64,000 nt of DNA from a virus. Of the stretch, positions 19,701-28,981 are shown piece after piece; positions within the stretch are counted from its first letter, which is position 1, and each line of letters begins with the position of its first letter. The position numbers and the translations under genes were made by a program. Where the stretch lies: the IMG/VR virus record IMGVR_UViG_3300022666_000049, positions 8,771 through 72,770 of that record; one strand, 5' to 3'. Under the pieces are notes generated by a model. The model ran no database searches. It was not told the origin of the DNA and worked only from the letters and a program-made list of their open reading frames with translations.

Positions 19701-22009
19701 ATCTGCTGATATGCTATTGCCGCTTCGCCCAAATCATCAACCCTAGTGTATTGTAAAAGTCCTTTCCGTGCTGCATGTGTGATGTTAACAGATGTTCCAG
19801 TGTCGCCTATATTTGTATATTTCTTGAATGTATCTAAAAGTTCTCCTGTTGCAATTAAATCTGTGGCAGACTCAGTTAGATTACCAAGCGACATGCTTCT
19901 TAAAAAGGACAAATACTCTCCTCTGCCTTTGCCAAAAACATACTTTCCATCTTCTAGTTTTGGTATAACGTTTTTAAATAAGTCCCAAGACATCTCTCCT
20001 TCTGGGAGTATAGCAAGATTTCTAGAAGAAGCCAAGGCTCTTGCATGACGTAGCTCGTCTCCGGTCCTCCAAGTATAATCAAAATTAGGATTATCATATG
20101 CATCAACTAATGAACCTCTAGTCGTGCCGTATAATGTACCAACTTTTATCTGCTTATCTTCATACTCTGCAAATATCTTCCAGGGTTCTCCTGACTTCTT
20201 TCCTCTATTATACTCAATTGTTGCATTAATATGTTCTTTGCTCATCCTTAGATTATATGGTGCAGTTACTACTTCCATATCATCTGCTTTGCTTAATAGG
20301 TATTCTTGCTTTGTTCTTAAATTCTCGCCTCTTCTTTTCCTTCCCATGACTGATCCTTGAGGAAGCTTTATGAACATATCATCAACTGCTCTAAACTCTG
20401 GATCGCTTACCATTTTCTGAACAAGATTTGAAAACTCAGATACACTTCCGCCATCTCTACCTGTAACTAATTCGTCAAGGTATAGTGGTATTGTTTTGCC
20501 TACATTCATCCTTTTTACTTTTGGAGATATCATTATTGCTTCGCTACTGAATGGACTGATTTGCATTGGAACATTTATATGTCCTCTTTCAGCTATTTTA
20601 GCAATAGTCTCTTCTGCTCCCTCGATTGTAGGGAGTTCATACTGTGGTAGATTCCTGGATCTTGAACTAGTCCTATAATCCTTGTGTGTATGAACATAGC
20701 TTACTTTTTGGATATTGCCTGAATAGTAAAGCCCCTTTACAGATTTTAATGCTTCTGGAGCTGTTACATCTCCAACTGGACCAAAATAAGTTGTAGTAAA
20801 GTCTGCAGATTGAGACTGAGAAAGTGAACTAGACCAATGAGTTGCTATATTATGTAATTGATCAGCCTGAGGTTGTTTTGGTTTAGTCACAGGAACTATA
20901 CTGTTTAGCTTCCTGCTAAACCTCCCCCAATATATCTTTTCTCTTCCTTCTCTTACACCTATAACATGCTCTGGATACATAACAGCCGTTTCTCTTGATG
21001 CATATTTCCCATCTTGTCCAAAATCGGCAGTATTTGTTCCTAAAATAGTGGATTGACCAGTTCTATGTGATGCAAATGGACTAAATCCTATTTGTTTACC
21101 TAGTGCTCCAATTTCTTCTGGGATATTCATTCCAGCAATTGGTAGGCTGTTCATCTGCTGGACTATGTTTGTTACCCTTTTAATAGAGTACGCCTGTCTC
21201 CTATATTCTTGACCAAGCTCTTCCACTGCTAAATTTAATATATCTCTGGCAGCAGTTTCGGCTCCTTTACCGCCTTTTGCAAGCCTATTGTAGTATTGGA
21301 ACTTTCTTTCATCTGCAAATATTTGCATCATGTTTGCATTAGGATCAACGACAACAGATATCATTTTACCCTTTGTGTCCAATATAGCTTCGTCCATTAA
21401 CTTAGCTACAGACGTAGATCCATCTTGATAGACCCATGATCCATTTATTTGTTTTGCAAATGGAATAGCATAACTTTCTCTTTGCCCAGTTTTGCCTACA
21501 ACATCAAATGTTAAACTTGTTCCTCTGGTGCCAACATTTTTAATATGCAGATCTCTATCTAACCCCATCTTTTCAGCAAAGATATCTAGAAAGTCATTTG
21601 CTATAGGATTGCCATGAACATCTACAATCTCTCCTGCATTTTTGAATCCTATTCTGTTTGGAGATGCACCAGTTGCCTCATTAGTCCAATTATCAAGAGG
21701 GCTAAATTCATATCCTTTGAATTTTTCTGTAGAAGACTTTATTCTATCTTCTCTTAGAATTGTATTCACACTATGAGCAGTATTTTCTTTTCCTCTTATT
21801 GAGTTATAAGCTGTCTCAATTTCAGACTGTAAACGATCACGTTCAGGCTTTTTTACTGTAGATATTTTATTTAATACGGATTTGGTTTTATCTCTAAAAC
21901 TTTGGTCTGTAGAGTATTTATATAAACCAAATCCTGCGGCTGTGACTGTTGTTAGTCCAACTAGCTGAGGAAATACTGAATCGTCATCATGATAAACATC
22001 ATTGTACAT
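16769..22009 (-). CDS. Tail-module virion protein (1746 aa) with two-barrel RNA polymerase catalytic signature; candidate virion RNA polymerase
   Basis: YLTRYPNIY (RYP 18368-18376) followed 37 codons later by MNADTDGDAIH (18245-18265), matching the beta-prime NRxPxLH...NADFDGD arrangement (33-residue spacing in E. coli); hydrophobic Gly/Ala segments at both termini. Confidence 0.7.
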   Translation of the reverse strand: MYNDVYHDDDSVFPQLVGLTTVTAAGFGLYKYSTDQSFRDKTKSVLNKISTVKKPERDRLQSEIETAYNSIRGKENTAHSVNTILREDRIKSSTEKFKGYEFSPLDNWTNEATGASPNRIGFKNAGEIVDVHGNPIANDFLDIFAEKMGLDRDLHIKNVGTRGTSLTFDVVGKTGQRESYAIPFAKQINGSWVYQDGSTSVAKLMDEAILDTKGKMISVVVDPNANMMQIFADERKFQYYNRLAKGGKGAETAARDILNLAVEELGQEYRRQAYSIKRVTNIVQQMNSLPIAGMNIPEEIGALGKQIGFSPFASHRTGQSTILGTNTADFGQDGKYASRETAVMYPEHVIGVREGREKIYWGRFSRKLNSIVPVTKPKQPQADQLHNIATHWSSSLSQSQSADFTTTYFGPVGDVTAPEALKSVKGLYYSGNIQKVSYVHTHKDYRTSSRSRNLPQYELPTIEGAEETIAKIAERGHINVPMQISPFSSEAIMISPKVKRMNVGKTIPLYLDELVTGRDGGSVSEFSNLVQKMVSDPEFRAVDDMFIKLPQGSVMGRKRRGENLRTKQEYLLSKADDMEVVTAPYNLRMSKEHINATIEYNRGKKSGEPWKIFAEYEDKQIKVGTLYGTTRGSLVDAYDNPNFDYTWRTGDELRHARALASSRNLAILPEGEMSWDLFKNVIPKLEDGKYVFGKGRGEYLSFLRSMSLGNLTESATDLIATGELLDTFKKYTNIGDTGTSVNITHAARKGLLQYTRVDDLGEAAIAYQQMAAATQMAHLSGKSSYVGSGVSSETAVKILNRTFKAQDLMSKYTKDEIIGRSVGLLPKEIQDAISSGVINAEDLQLMNYMGDMTAHEAEAMTLGKGSGIYRHTGLDLSYTADMPTALEELSARNMVRSTKLTQETRMMLMSASNELDAAAIEEFEKTIGAKIETLGVDELRAKLGSPYLQISREASSAIKSPDIFFNSLFGSDENKFGYFVKTKGKQGDGLFYIPSQEWIGGLQSLEDGSYVPAKEITYNMARALSEAAEDNTGVIKGKALEELLDQTAKDYSSFMRSSALQIEGRSYEKLVDSQFLLDTHKRLSRMKGSTAEGLDNVVGSLTLRSRDDYVSFMARQIEDAQTIAKEQTKSVVDVLNERYGAGNAITSAVEESKSGNAMKIASEMADKSASAWKNIQTEIDLAVNQTGQITEEALGKIKSLIFKHANVDYLTRYPNIYAKSTLMTLGFVAPELGNDRTMAAGHVIKSLMNADTDGDAIHAFSMIQSNNRQMAMQYFEKENLEAYKIMKQVEEGNVLKKLVKPEQGMFTALPEGYKGEFASAMKSLEIEQSRASFLTKGLTGSATVRAWGQTAYYRDVLANTQGLSDEAYTHAKYFIDTLIPKSGPQSIISSKHAKAILDRTATDAQMKHFATMGAVFENIGEITPETMSRSVAQLGEIHALGEWALMEARKPGNEKGLEALQRGGLMDDLLTVHDLQNNWRRASDTEIENLHKRGWFNRKDETLDAFKTRFNEATKDIEYFTENKLLQEAGLVSDAHYLDFIERPLKGKGFSDSVEFIEKSIREQLKRNSPNGYKVAEEEVTRLLNDQLMNLATRRAKGEDIFMTEAMRATRRAETRVFPVVDETIAFLTKHLTPKRAGIAAGAALLGFTALNLVTGDGTPRELNDIPSYNNPSFHNTQYNSMSERSTIYGGHGSNVSSSLLTNYRENSQTLMGHINSVVGLRGYNSSTIISDGSNPYKQDMYRYGG

Positions 22010-22020
22010 TTATTACTCCA

Positions 22021-25000
22021 TTAATAAGAGTCAGTTAAGATACCAAGAATATCTTGTGTTATACCTAGTGATAGATATGTATCTCTTTTGACAACTGAGT
22101 CATAGTGGTTTGTTTGAACGTTATTTTTAACAATAGGACTAGTAGATGCTGTAGGAAGACCAAAAGAATGGTTTATATTATCAGATGCCATCATGTATGG
22201 CAGAATTGATCCTATAGCATGTGAGGATGTACTATTTATAGATTTTAAATCAATAGATGCTGTAATAGCTGGACCATTATATGCAGCTACTCTGGCTCTA
22301 TTCTCAAAAAATCCATAGTCTTCAATGTTTCTACCACCCTCTTTAAGTGTTAATAATTCTACATCTTCTATATCTACATCTGGTGACCAAATAGGACTCT
22401 CTGTATCGGGAATAGCATTTTCTTTAGAGAACTCTTGAATATACTTTGCCCTAATATAATCTCCAAGACTTGTTTCGCCACCAGTCTCTTTTAAATACTG
22501 GTCATATTCTTCTGTTGTTATATCCCAGCCTTCTGCCTGTTGCATTAAAGCATAACGCTCTTTTAGATCTTGTGGCGCATCTGGAGCACTTGCCTCTTTG
22601 CCCATCCAGATTGCTTTATAAATCCTTTTTGATGCATTAGGTAGATATTTATATATCTTGCCTCTTTTATCTGGATCAGGTTCGTTTGCAAATCTGCTAT
22701 AATATGCTCTTTCGCTCTGTGGTAAAGCTGCTAATTCATCTCTTGTGTTTTCATCAGTTGGGTCTGCTCCTATCATAGTTGATCGCCACAAATTATGATA
22801 GTGCGATGCTAACTCTTCATCTCCAGATTCTGATGCCTCTACAGAGAGCATTTTATATTTAATATACTTTAGTACATCCCAATACTCTTGGTCTTTCCTT
22901 CGCTGAAGCGTAAATGATGGAGTCCAATCTACTCCTAAAAAGCGATGCATCTCTGTTGCAATGAATGGCTTTAATAGATGTTCAATAGGATGGCTCCATA
23001 GTTTTACTTCTCGGTTAAATACTTGATTGTATATATAGTGCTCTAGATAATCTTTCTTTGGTAGTAGTTTTATTGCAGCATATGACTCTTCTGGAACTAA
23101 GAAGTTCCAATATCTTGCCATAGCTCTTCCACCAAACCCTATCTCATCCTGCTGCATATTGTATTTAGATATATTACCGGTATTGGCTCTTGCTGCTCCA
23201 GCCTCTAGTAACTCTCTATTTAAGTCACCTACAACAGCTTCTATACCACCATCAGTATTTATTAGTTGGTCAAAATCTGCAACCTCCATATTGATATTTG
23301 ATCCAACCTGCATATACTCTGCTATAATTTCATGGGTTCTCTCTTGAATCTTTCTTACATCATCAGATAGGGATTTAGCATCATAATACTTCTTTTGTTC
23401 CAATAGTGTGTATCTAATATCTTCTTCTTTTAAAGATACTCCAGCTAATTTAAACTGCCTATTCCCATATGCCTGTAATGTAAAGCCACCATCTTCTCTT
23501 ACTGATGATACAATTCCATTCGAAGCATGTGTTGATACTCTATATGCATACTCTTGTTCATGAGCGTATATCTGATCTTTAAGTTGTCTGACTTGATCTA
23601 ATGACTCATAATATCTTTGTTCTTGATATGGAGTAAGTTGATTACCTATAGCCATATCCATAACTTTCTGAGCCTGTTGACTAAACTCGTTTGAGTATGG
23701 AGCAAGAGACTGTAATATCTCTAACCTTATTGGATCTGGATACTCTTCTAGCTCTGCACCTTTGACGGTTGGATATAAGAACTCCCAACCTTTTCTTGAG
23801 CCATATAACCATCCCATAGGAACTTTGTCATAAGTTGTTCCATGAGTTAAATCCTTGCCAGCCTTCTTAAAATCATTATTATTGTCTCCTTGTGGAATCC
23901 ATGAAACTCCACTTAGCTCATTTGGTATATTGTTTACTTTCCACAACTTCTCTGGATACACAAATAAACGACGTAGAAATTCGCCACCTATTACGGTAAT
24001 ATCACCAAGCTGGTATTGCCACATTGACTGTGCAGGATTGTACATCTCTGTAGCATCTTGTGCATATGGAATAAACTCTTCAGGTGATTTACGTCCTGTA
24101 ATAGAGTCTCTAATTGTTTCATAAGCAAATCCCCTGAAACCGATAAGGTCTCGGAATTGATTTGCCATCTTATGATATAATCTTCCTGATGATGATTCGC
24201 TTGTTATCCCTATAGAGCTAATTATTTCCTGATTCGTCATAGTTCGACTTCCAACGGCATCAGGGCCTACAAACTGGCTAAGTCCAGCATTTGGATCACC
24301 ATCTTCAATTTCATGATAGGTTCTAGTTGGCTTTATTACTCTTCCTATTGTTCCTGCAATAAGAGGCCCTACAAGTGGGATGTTCGCTCCATAAGGGGCA
24401 GACTGATATACTGGCTGACTTTGTGCATGATACTCTTCTAGCGTATACCTTCCTAATAGTCCTCCTGATAAGCTGTGTGCAGCTCTTTTAAAGTAACTCG
24501 GCCATACAACACCTTTGTTTTCCCAATCACTCTCTATAAGATTAGCCATATGTCTTCTAAAGTGAGTAGGCTTGCCACCTTCGTATGGGGATGAAGAAAG
24601 TAACCATCCTCTATATTTCCTTACTGGAACTTCTTTCCTTCCCTCATATTCGGCTTTTCTTTCTGCATATGACTTAGTTGAGCCAAGTAATCCTGGGACA
24701 AATGGTATCATAGGAAGCATCATAAATGAGAATATGGCTTTTTTAGGATTATTTAGTGACCAAGCAAAGTACCTTTCTAGTGCTGTTTTGGTAGTCCTGC
24801 CTTTGTATAATTCTGTTGCTAATGCACGTTTGGCGAAACCTGTTCCTCTAATCCTATTTGAAACCCTATTTACATATCCTCTAAACCTACCTGATCCATG
24901 CCTATAAATAAGTTCTCCACCTTTATATAATGAAACAGCAGATATTGCTGGAACAAAGAAGCCCAATCCGGTTGAGCCAGGAGCAACTCTCTCCTGCTTC

Positions 25001-27999
25001 TTTGCCATGCGTGTAAAACCTGTTATATCAGAAATCTTCGAATATACAAGTGTACTCCACTCATAAGCTTTGACCATTGCGGTAGTCATTGGTCCAGATC
25101 CATGAGAGAATGTCAATGCTCCTAATGCATGGTCTGTTACCTTAAATCCTTGCCATAATAGATATCCAGGTAGAAGTCTCTTAGCTGTGAATTTCGCTAA
25201 ATATTTTGGGAACGCAAATCTTCCTAGGTCATAATCTACTAAACCTAAGTGAGTTCTACTCAACCATTTTGCAGTCTTTCCCGCCATCCTTGTTGTAAAA
25301 TGATCAGCCTTTTGCCATTTAGCGGACAACTCCATAAGATGTTCAGGAGTCATACCTATAATACTAAGTGGAGACTCAAGGAATGTATTCATTCCTCTGA
25401 TGGTATATTCACCCCAGACGCCTTGTAATCTTCCTATGCTTCTGGGCGTAATTATCCTTCTGGTTCCTCTAGCATATTTAGACATATCTGAAAATAGATT
25501 ATTACCAAATTCACCGACACCTTTCTTATCAAGCTCTAGCCAATAGCGTAACTTATTCCACAATACCTTTGGAGAATTGCTGGCTATTTCACTAGGAGTT
25601 AATCCTCTATTTCTTAAGAACTCTTCTTGAGTAAATCTAGGAGCATAACCATACTTGTGAAGATTTTGCTGAGACATGTGGTGAATGATAGAGTTTGGAA
25701 CATACTGATCTTTTCCAAGCCGTCTCATTCCTTCACGTATATTCCTTACATTTGGTTCTCTTAAGAATAAATCATCCACTTTAAATGAAAGCCTTATCCT
25801 CTGAAATCTGTTACCAAATGTGTTATTGATATATGAATTTGTAGCAAGAGTATCATTCTCAGTTAGCTCATATGCCTTTACAATTGCACCATTTTTAGAG
25901 TTTGCGATTTTTACAATAACTCTATTTTTCTTGTTTTTTACAGTTGTTGGAACAAATGCTTCTTTTAACAGATTAAATTGTTCTTCAGGGAGATCTGTCT
26001 TTGCCTTCTCCAAGAACTCATCAAACATAACTCCATACTTGCGATATTGGCTAGAATATGATTCTTTCTTTAATGTTCCAACAGACCGAAAGTCTCTAGC
26101 TTTCCCTTTATCAAAAGATACAAACCTTATAGACCTCTTAAATGTTTCTGTTGCGTCATCGTATATAAGATTTGATCTTCCCATTAGCATATCCATCATC
26201 GCAGATATACGGAAAACCCTGGTACTAGGTATAGTAGACTCAATATACTTTGCACCCCAGTTAACTGTTTTAACAAACTCTCTTGCTGCCTCTCCTATGT
26301 TTTTAGGCATTTTAACGGTTCTTCCTAAAAGCTTAGGGCTAGTTATGCCTTGATATAATCCGACGCCATACAGGGCTGCTACAGGCAGTGCTACGCCTAA
26401 TCCTAATGTTGGCATAATACCATTTGCTGCAGTTGGTTCGTTTTCAAAATATGAGTTTAAATTGGAGAATGGTGTTCTTCTTTTAGACTTACCTAATGAT
26501 CCAGATGAAAAAGGATCTACCTTATCTTCTCCTTCTCCATATATACTAAAGGATACTCCAGCTAATGTGCCAGCTAAAACACTATGCTTTAATAGTCTAG
26601 CTCTTGTATTTTTCACCATAGTTGATGCTATGGAACTTATGTTCTGCTCTCGTATATATCTAGTTGCATTAAATCCTTCCTCTGCAAAAATCTTTTCAAA
26701 ATCTTTTACGCCTTTTATTGCATTCTTGCCTACTGCTTTTGCAGTCTCCTGCTTTATCCTTTTATCCAATATCTTATGTAGTAACTTAGGATCCTTTGGA
26801 CTATATGCAACAAACTCTTCAACTGAATTTATAATTGCTCCATCTTTTGCTGCTTCATTTACATAAGCTTTATAGATGTTGAGAATCTCATCAGATAAGG
26901 ATTTTTCTAGATTTACGTCAGCTCCTGCGGCGTGAGCCTCATACCCAAATGGCATATTTGCTCTTACTGCCTTGCTATAAGACATTAATCTACCAGCTAC
27001 ATCTGCATTCCAAGGGGCAGCATATCTCCATTCTCCAAAAGTTTTAGGGATTTTACCAGCTCTTCCTGTTGCAGCAGTTGCTTCTGGGTTTAAATGTATT
27101 AGAAAGTTTTTTGCAACTTCTGGATTCTCTTGAGCCAGCTTATATGTTACAGCTTGCCATATGCTCTCTAGGCCTTCTACTTTTATCATTCCTGAGTAGT
27201 ATGCCCTATCTAGCTCTGCTAGCATATCCATATGGCCAAACTTTTGTAACATGCCTCTTAGCACTTCTAAGTCGAAGTATGGGTTCCATCCCTGGAATGC
27301 AACCTTTTGGCCTTTTCTAATATTTGATAGATATAAGTCTTCTATTATACTATATAGAGATCCTGAGCCTTTGCCTTCGAACTGCTTTTGTGTTACGCCA
27401 GAGTATATAGCATTATAGGCTTTCGTAAGATTCTTGGCTCCGATAGTGCGACCCTTTAATATATCTTCGCCAGAGCCAAGTTCTCCGTGTGCTGCCATAA
27501 AACTTAGTGATTTCTTTGAGGCAAATATTCTCCTATTGTCAGGAGTAGTAAACTCATAATAGACTTCATGCTTAGCCCTACTTCTTTCTATAGCAGCAGT
27601 CTTATATGCTCTAGTTCCCTTTGACCCTTCTTTTAGTATAACTCTAGCATTATCTTCTTTGCTAACAGTATTTACTATTCTGGCCTTAACAGGGATTTCT
27701 ACTCCATTAACCCTAATTGACGTTTCTCTATATGATCCACGTATGGTAGATGATCTAAATACATCAGCAGAACTATTGACAGCTATACTAGTATGCCTAG
27801 CCTTCTCATCACCTATCTTCCAGGCTATTTGAGACAAGTCTATGTGTGAGAATGACTTAATCAATTCTCCACTAGACATTAGCTGTCTTAATCCACTTGA
27901 CGTATGTTTAACTGGTGGTAAATGTATACCTAGTCCAGTAGTCTCAATATCTAATACTATACGGAAAAAATCTCTATTAGGGTTTATGTTATTGCTCAT
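22021..27999 (-). CDS. Probable tape measure protein (1992 aa) with N-terminal DEDDh 3'-5' exonuclease and a degenerate SNase-like domain near the C-terminus
   Basis: First long gene after the two tail chaperones; several hydrophobic Gly/Ala segments; ExoI VLDIETTGL, ExoII GWNPYFDL, ExoIII HAAGADV; C-terminal VSSVREDG..FKLAGV...DLNRELLEAGAA. Confidence 0.65.
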   Translation of the reverse strand: MSNNINPNRDFFRIVLDIETTGLGIHLPPVKHTSSGLRQLMSSGELIKSFSHIDLSQIAWKIGDEKARHTSIAVNSSADVFRSSTIRGSYRETSIRVNGVEIPVKARIVNTVSKEDNARVILKEGSKGTRAYKTAAIERSRAKHEVYYEFTTPDNRRIFASKKSLSFMAAHGELGSGEDILKGRTIGAKNLTKAYNAIYSGVTQKQFEGKGSGSLYSIIEDLYLSNIRKGQKVAFQGWNPYFDLEVLRGMLQKFGHMDMLAELDRAYYSGMIKVEGLESIWQAVTYKLAQENPEVAKNFLIHLNPEATAATGRAGKIPKTFGEWRYAAPWNADVAGRLMSYSKAVRANMPFGYEAHAAGADVNLEKSLSDEILNIYKAYVNEAAKDGAIINSVEEFVAYSPKDPKLLHKILDKRIKQETAKAVGKNAIKGVKDFEKIFAEEGFNATRYIREQNISSIASTMVKNTRARLLKHSVLAGTLAGVSFSIYGEGEDKVDPFSSGSLGKSKRRTPFSNLNSYFENEPTAANGIMPTLGLGVALPVAALYGVGLYQGITSPKLLGRTVKMPKNIGEAAREFVKTVNWGAKYIESTIPSTRVFRISAMMDMLMGRSNLIYDDATETFKRSIRFVSFDKGKARDFRSVGTLKKESYSSQYRKYGVMFDEFLEKAKTDLPEEQFNLLKEAFVPTTVKNKKNRVIVKIANSKNGAIVKAYELTENDTLATNSYINNTFGNRFQRIRLSFKVDDLFLREPNVRNIREGMRRLGKDQYVPNSIIHHMSQQNLHKYGYAPRFTQEEFLRNRGLTPSEIASNSPKVLWNKLRYWLELDKKGVGEFGNNLFSDMSKYARGTRRIITPRSIGRLQGVWGEYTIRGMNTFLESPLSIIGMTPEHLMELSAKWQKADHFTTRMAGKTAKWLSRTHLGLVDYDLGRFAFPKYLAKFTAKRLLPGYLLWQGFKVTDHALGALTFSHGSGPMTTAMVKAYEWSTLVYSKISDITGFTRMAKKQERVAPGSTGLGFFVPAISAVSLYKGGELIYRHGSGRFRGYVNRVSNRIRGTGFAKRALATELYKGRTTKTALERYFAWSLNNPKKAIFSFMMLPMIPFVPGLLGSTKSYAERKAEYEGRKEVPVRKYRGWLLSSSPYEGGKPTHFRRHMANLIESDWENKGVVWPSYFKRAAHSLSGGLLGRYTLEEYHAQSQPVYQSAPYGANIPLVGPLIAGTIGRVIKPTRTYHEIEDGDPNAGLSQFVGPDAVGSRTMTNQEIISSIGITSESSSGRLYHKMANQFRDLIGFRGFAYETIRDSITGRKSPEEFIPYAQDATEMYNPAQSMWQYQLGDITVIGGEFLRRLFVYPEKLWKVNNIPNELSGVSWIPQGDNNNDFKKAGKDLTHGTTYDKVPMGWLYGSRKGWEFLYPTVKGAELEEYPDPIRLEILQSLAPYSNEFSQQAQKVMDMAIGNQLTPYQEQRYYESLDQVRQLKDQIYAHEQEYAYRVSTHASNGIVSSVREDGGFTLQAYGNRQFKLAGVSLKEEDIRYTLLEQKKYYDAKSLSDDVRKIQERTHEIIAEYMQVGSNINMEVADFDQLINTDGGIEAVVGDLNRELLEAGAARANTGNISKYNMQQDEIGFGGRAMARYWNFLVPEESYAAIKLLPKKDYLEHYIYNQVFNREVKLWSHPIEHLLKPFIATEMHRFLGVDWTPSFTLQRRKDQEYWDVLKYIKYKMLSVEASESGDEELASHYHNLWRSTMIGADPTDENTRDELAALPQSERAYYSRFANEPDPDKRGKIYKYLPNASKRIYKAIWMGKEASAPDAPQDLKERYALMQQAEGWDITTEEYDQYLKETGGETSLGDYIRAKYIQEFSKENAIPDTESPIWSPDVDIEDVELLTLKEGGRNIEDYGFFENRARVAAYNGPAITASIDLKSINSTSSHAIGSILPYMMASDNINHSFGLPTASTSPIVKNNVQTNHYDSVVKRDTYLSLGITQDILGILTDSY

Positions 28000-28577
28000 A
28001 GTCCACCAATTGGCATTCCATCAAATTCTTCAGCCTGTAGAGATGCCTTAAGTGCTGATAATTCTTCTTTTGTTATCATATTAATAATTTTACTCTTAGG
28101 CTTAGTTTTCTTCTCTTCAGTTGAAGCTAATATTTCTCTCATTTTTGCAGTATCATGAATTTGTCCATCTATTACAGATTCGCATAATACATATAGCTCT
28201 AGCAATTCATTGAGTGTTTTTGTTTTTAATTCTTCTAACTTATATACACCTGGAACTATTTTCATTATCTTTGAATAGAACATTTTGTGGTATATATTGT
28301 TCTCATATAAACTTCTAGCATTATCTATTGTATTTGCTATATCTTCTTGTTTTGCATAATATCCTGATAGCTTAAATGCAGAATATACTACATTTGTTAT
28401 AATCCCTGCACTTAAATCATCTATATCATATTTATCCATAGTAATCGCATTGAATACAAATTCTTCTGCGTATGGATTTCCAGACATTACTGCTACGTAC
28501 ATCCTGTCTGCTTCTTCTGCTGATAGACTTCTAAATTCTATGTATTTATCTTTTTCGGCCTGATATTTATATTTCAT
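27996..28577 (-). CDS. Putative tail assembly chaperone (193 aa)
   Basis: IEFRSLS, LSAGIITNVV...SG; position between tube genes and the TMP. Confidence 0.55.
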   Translation of the reverse strand: MKYKYQAEKDKYIEFRSLSAEEADRMYVAVMSGNPYAEEFVFNAITMDKYDIDDLSAGIITNVVYSAFKLSGYYAKQEDIANTIDNARSLYENNIYHKMFYSKIMKIVPGVYKLEELKTKTLNELLELYVLCESVIDGQIHDTAKMREILASTEEKKTKPKSKIINMITKEELSALKASLQAEEFDGMPIGGL

Positions 28578-28971
28578 AGATTAGTTCGAGGGATTTAGCT
28601 GGATCAGATAAGAAGTTTGAAACAGCCATAATTTGATAAACTAGAGTAAGCATTATTCCTGCATCTTCGTCTGCGATTTGAATAGGATCCATAATAGGCC
28701 ATAATACACATGTATTTACAATATATTCATTCATAGAATCTTTGTCTAAATTCTTGGATCTAATTTCTTTATACATTCCCCACTTTAAAGGTCTGAACAT
28801 ATAAAATGCTGGAGACTCATTGGGGCCTAAGAATGTGGCATATACTTTTGAATTCCTAGCCTTAATCTCTACAAACTTTTCTTTTGTTATTTTATTATGT
28901 ACTACTGTATCCCAATTTACTTCATCATAAAAACTTGGCTCTTTTGCATCATATACTTTTTCTTCAGACAT
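28567..28971 (-). CDS. Putative tail assembly chaperone (134 aa)
   Basis: FYMFRPL..YKEI...IVNTCVLWP...AGIMLTLVYQIMAVS; paralogue-like to the adjacent gene; synteny. Confidence 0.55.
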   Translation of the reverse strand: MSEEKVYDAKEPSFYDEVNWDTVVHNKITKEKFVEIKARNSKVYATFLGPNESPAFYMFRPLKWGMYKEIRSKNLDKDSMNEYIVNTCVLWPIMDPIQIADEDAGIMLTLVYQIMAVSNFLSDPAKSLELIYEI

Positions 28972-28981
28972 TGTTTACCTC

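Noticed and set aside
27996-28971. Programmed frameshift between tail chaperone genes
   Set aside because: The two ORFs each have their own start and overlap by 11 nt; no clear slippery heptamer identified.
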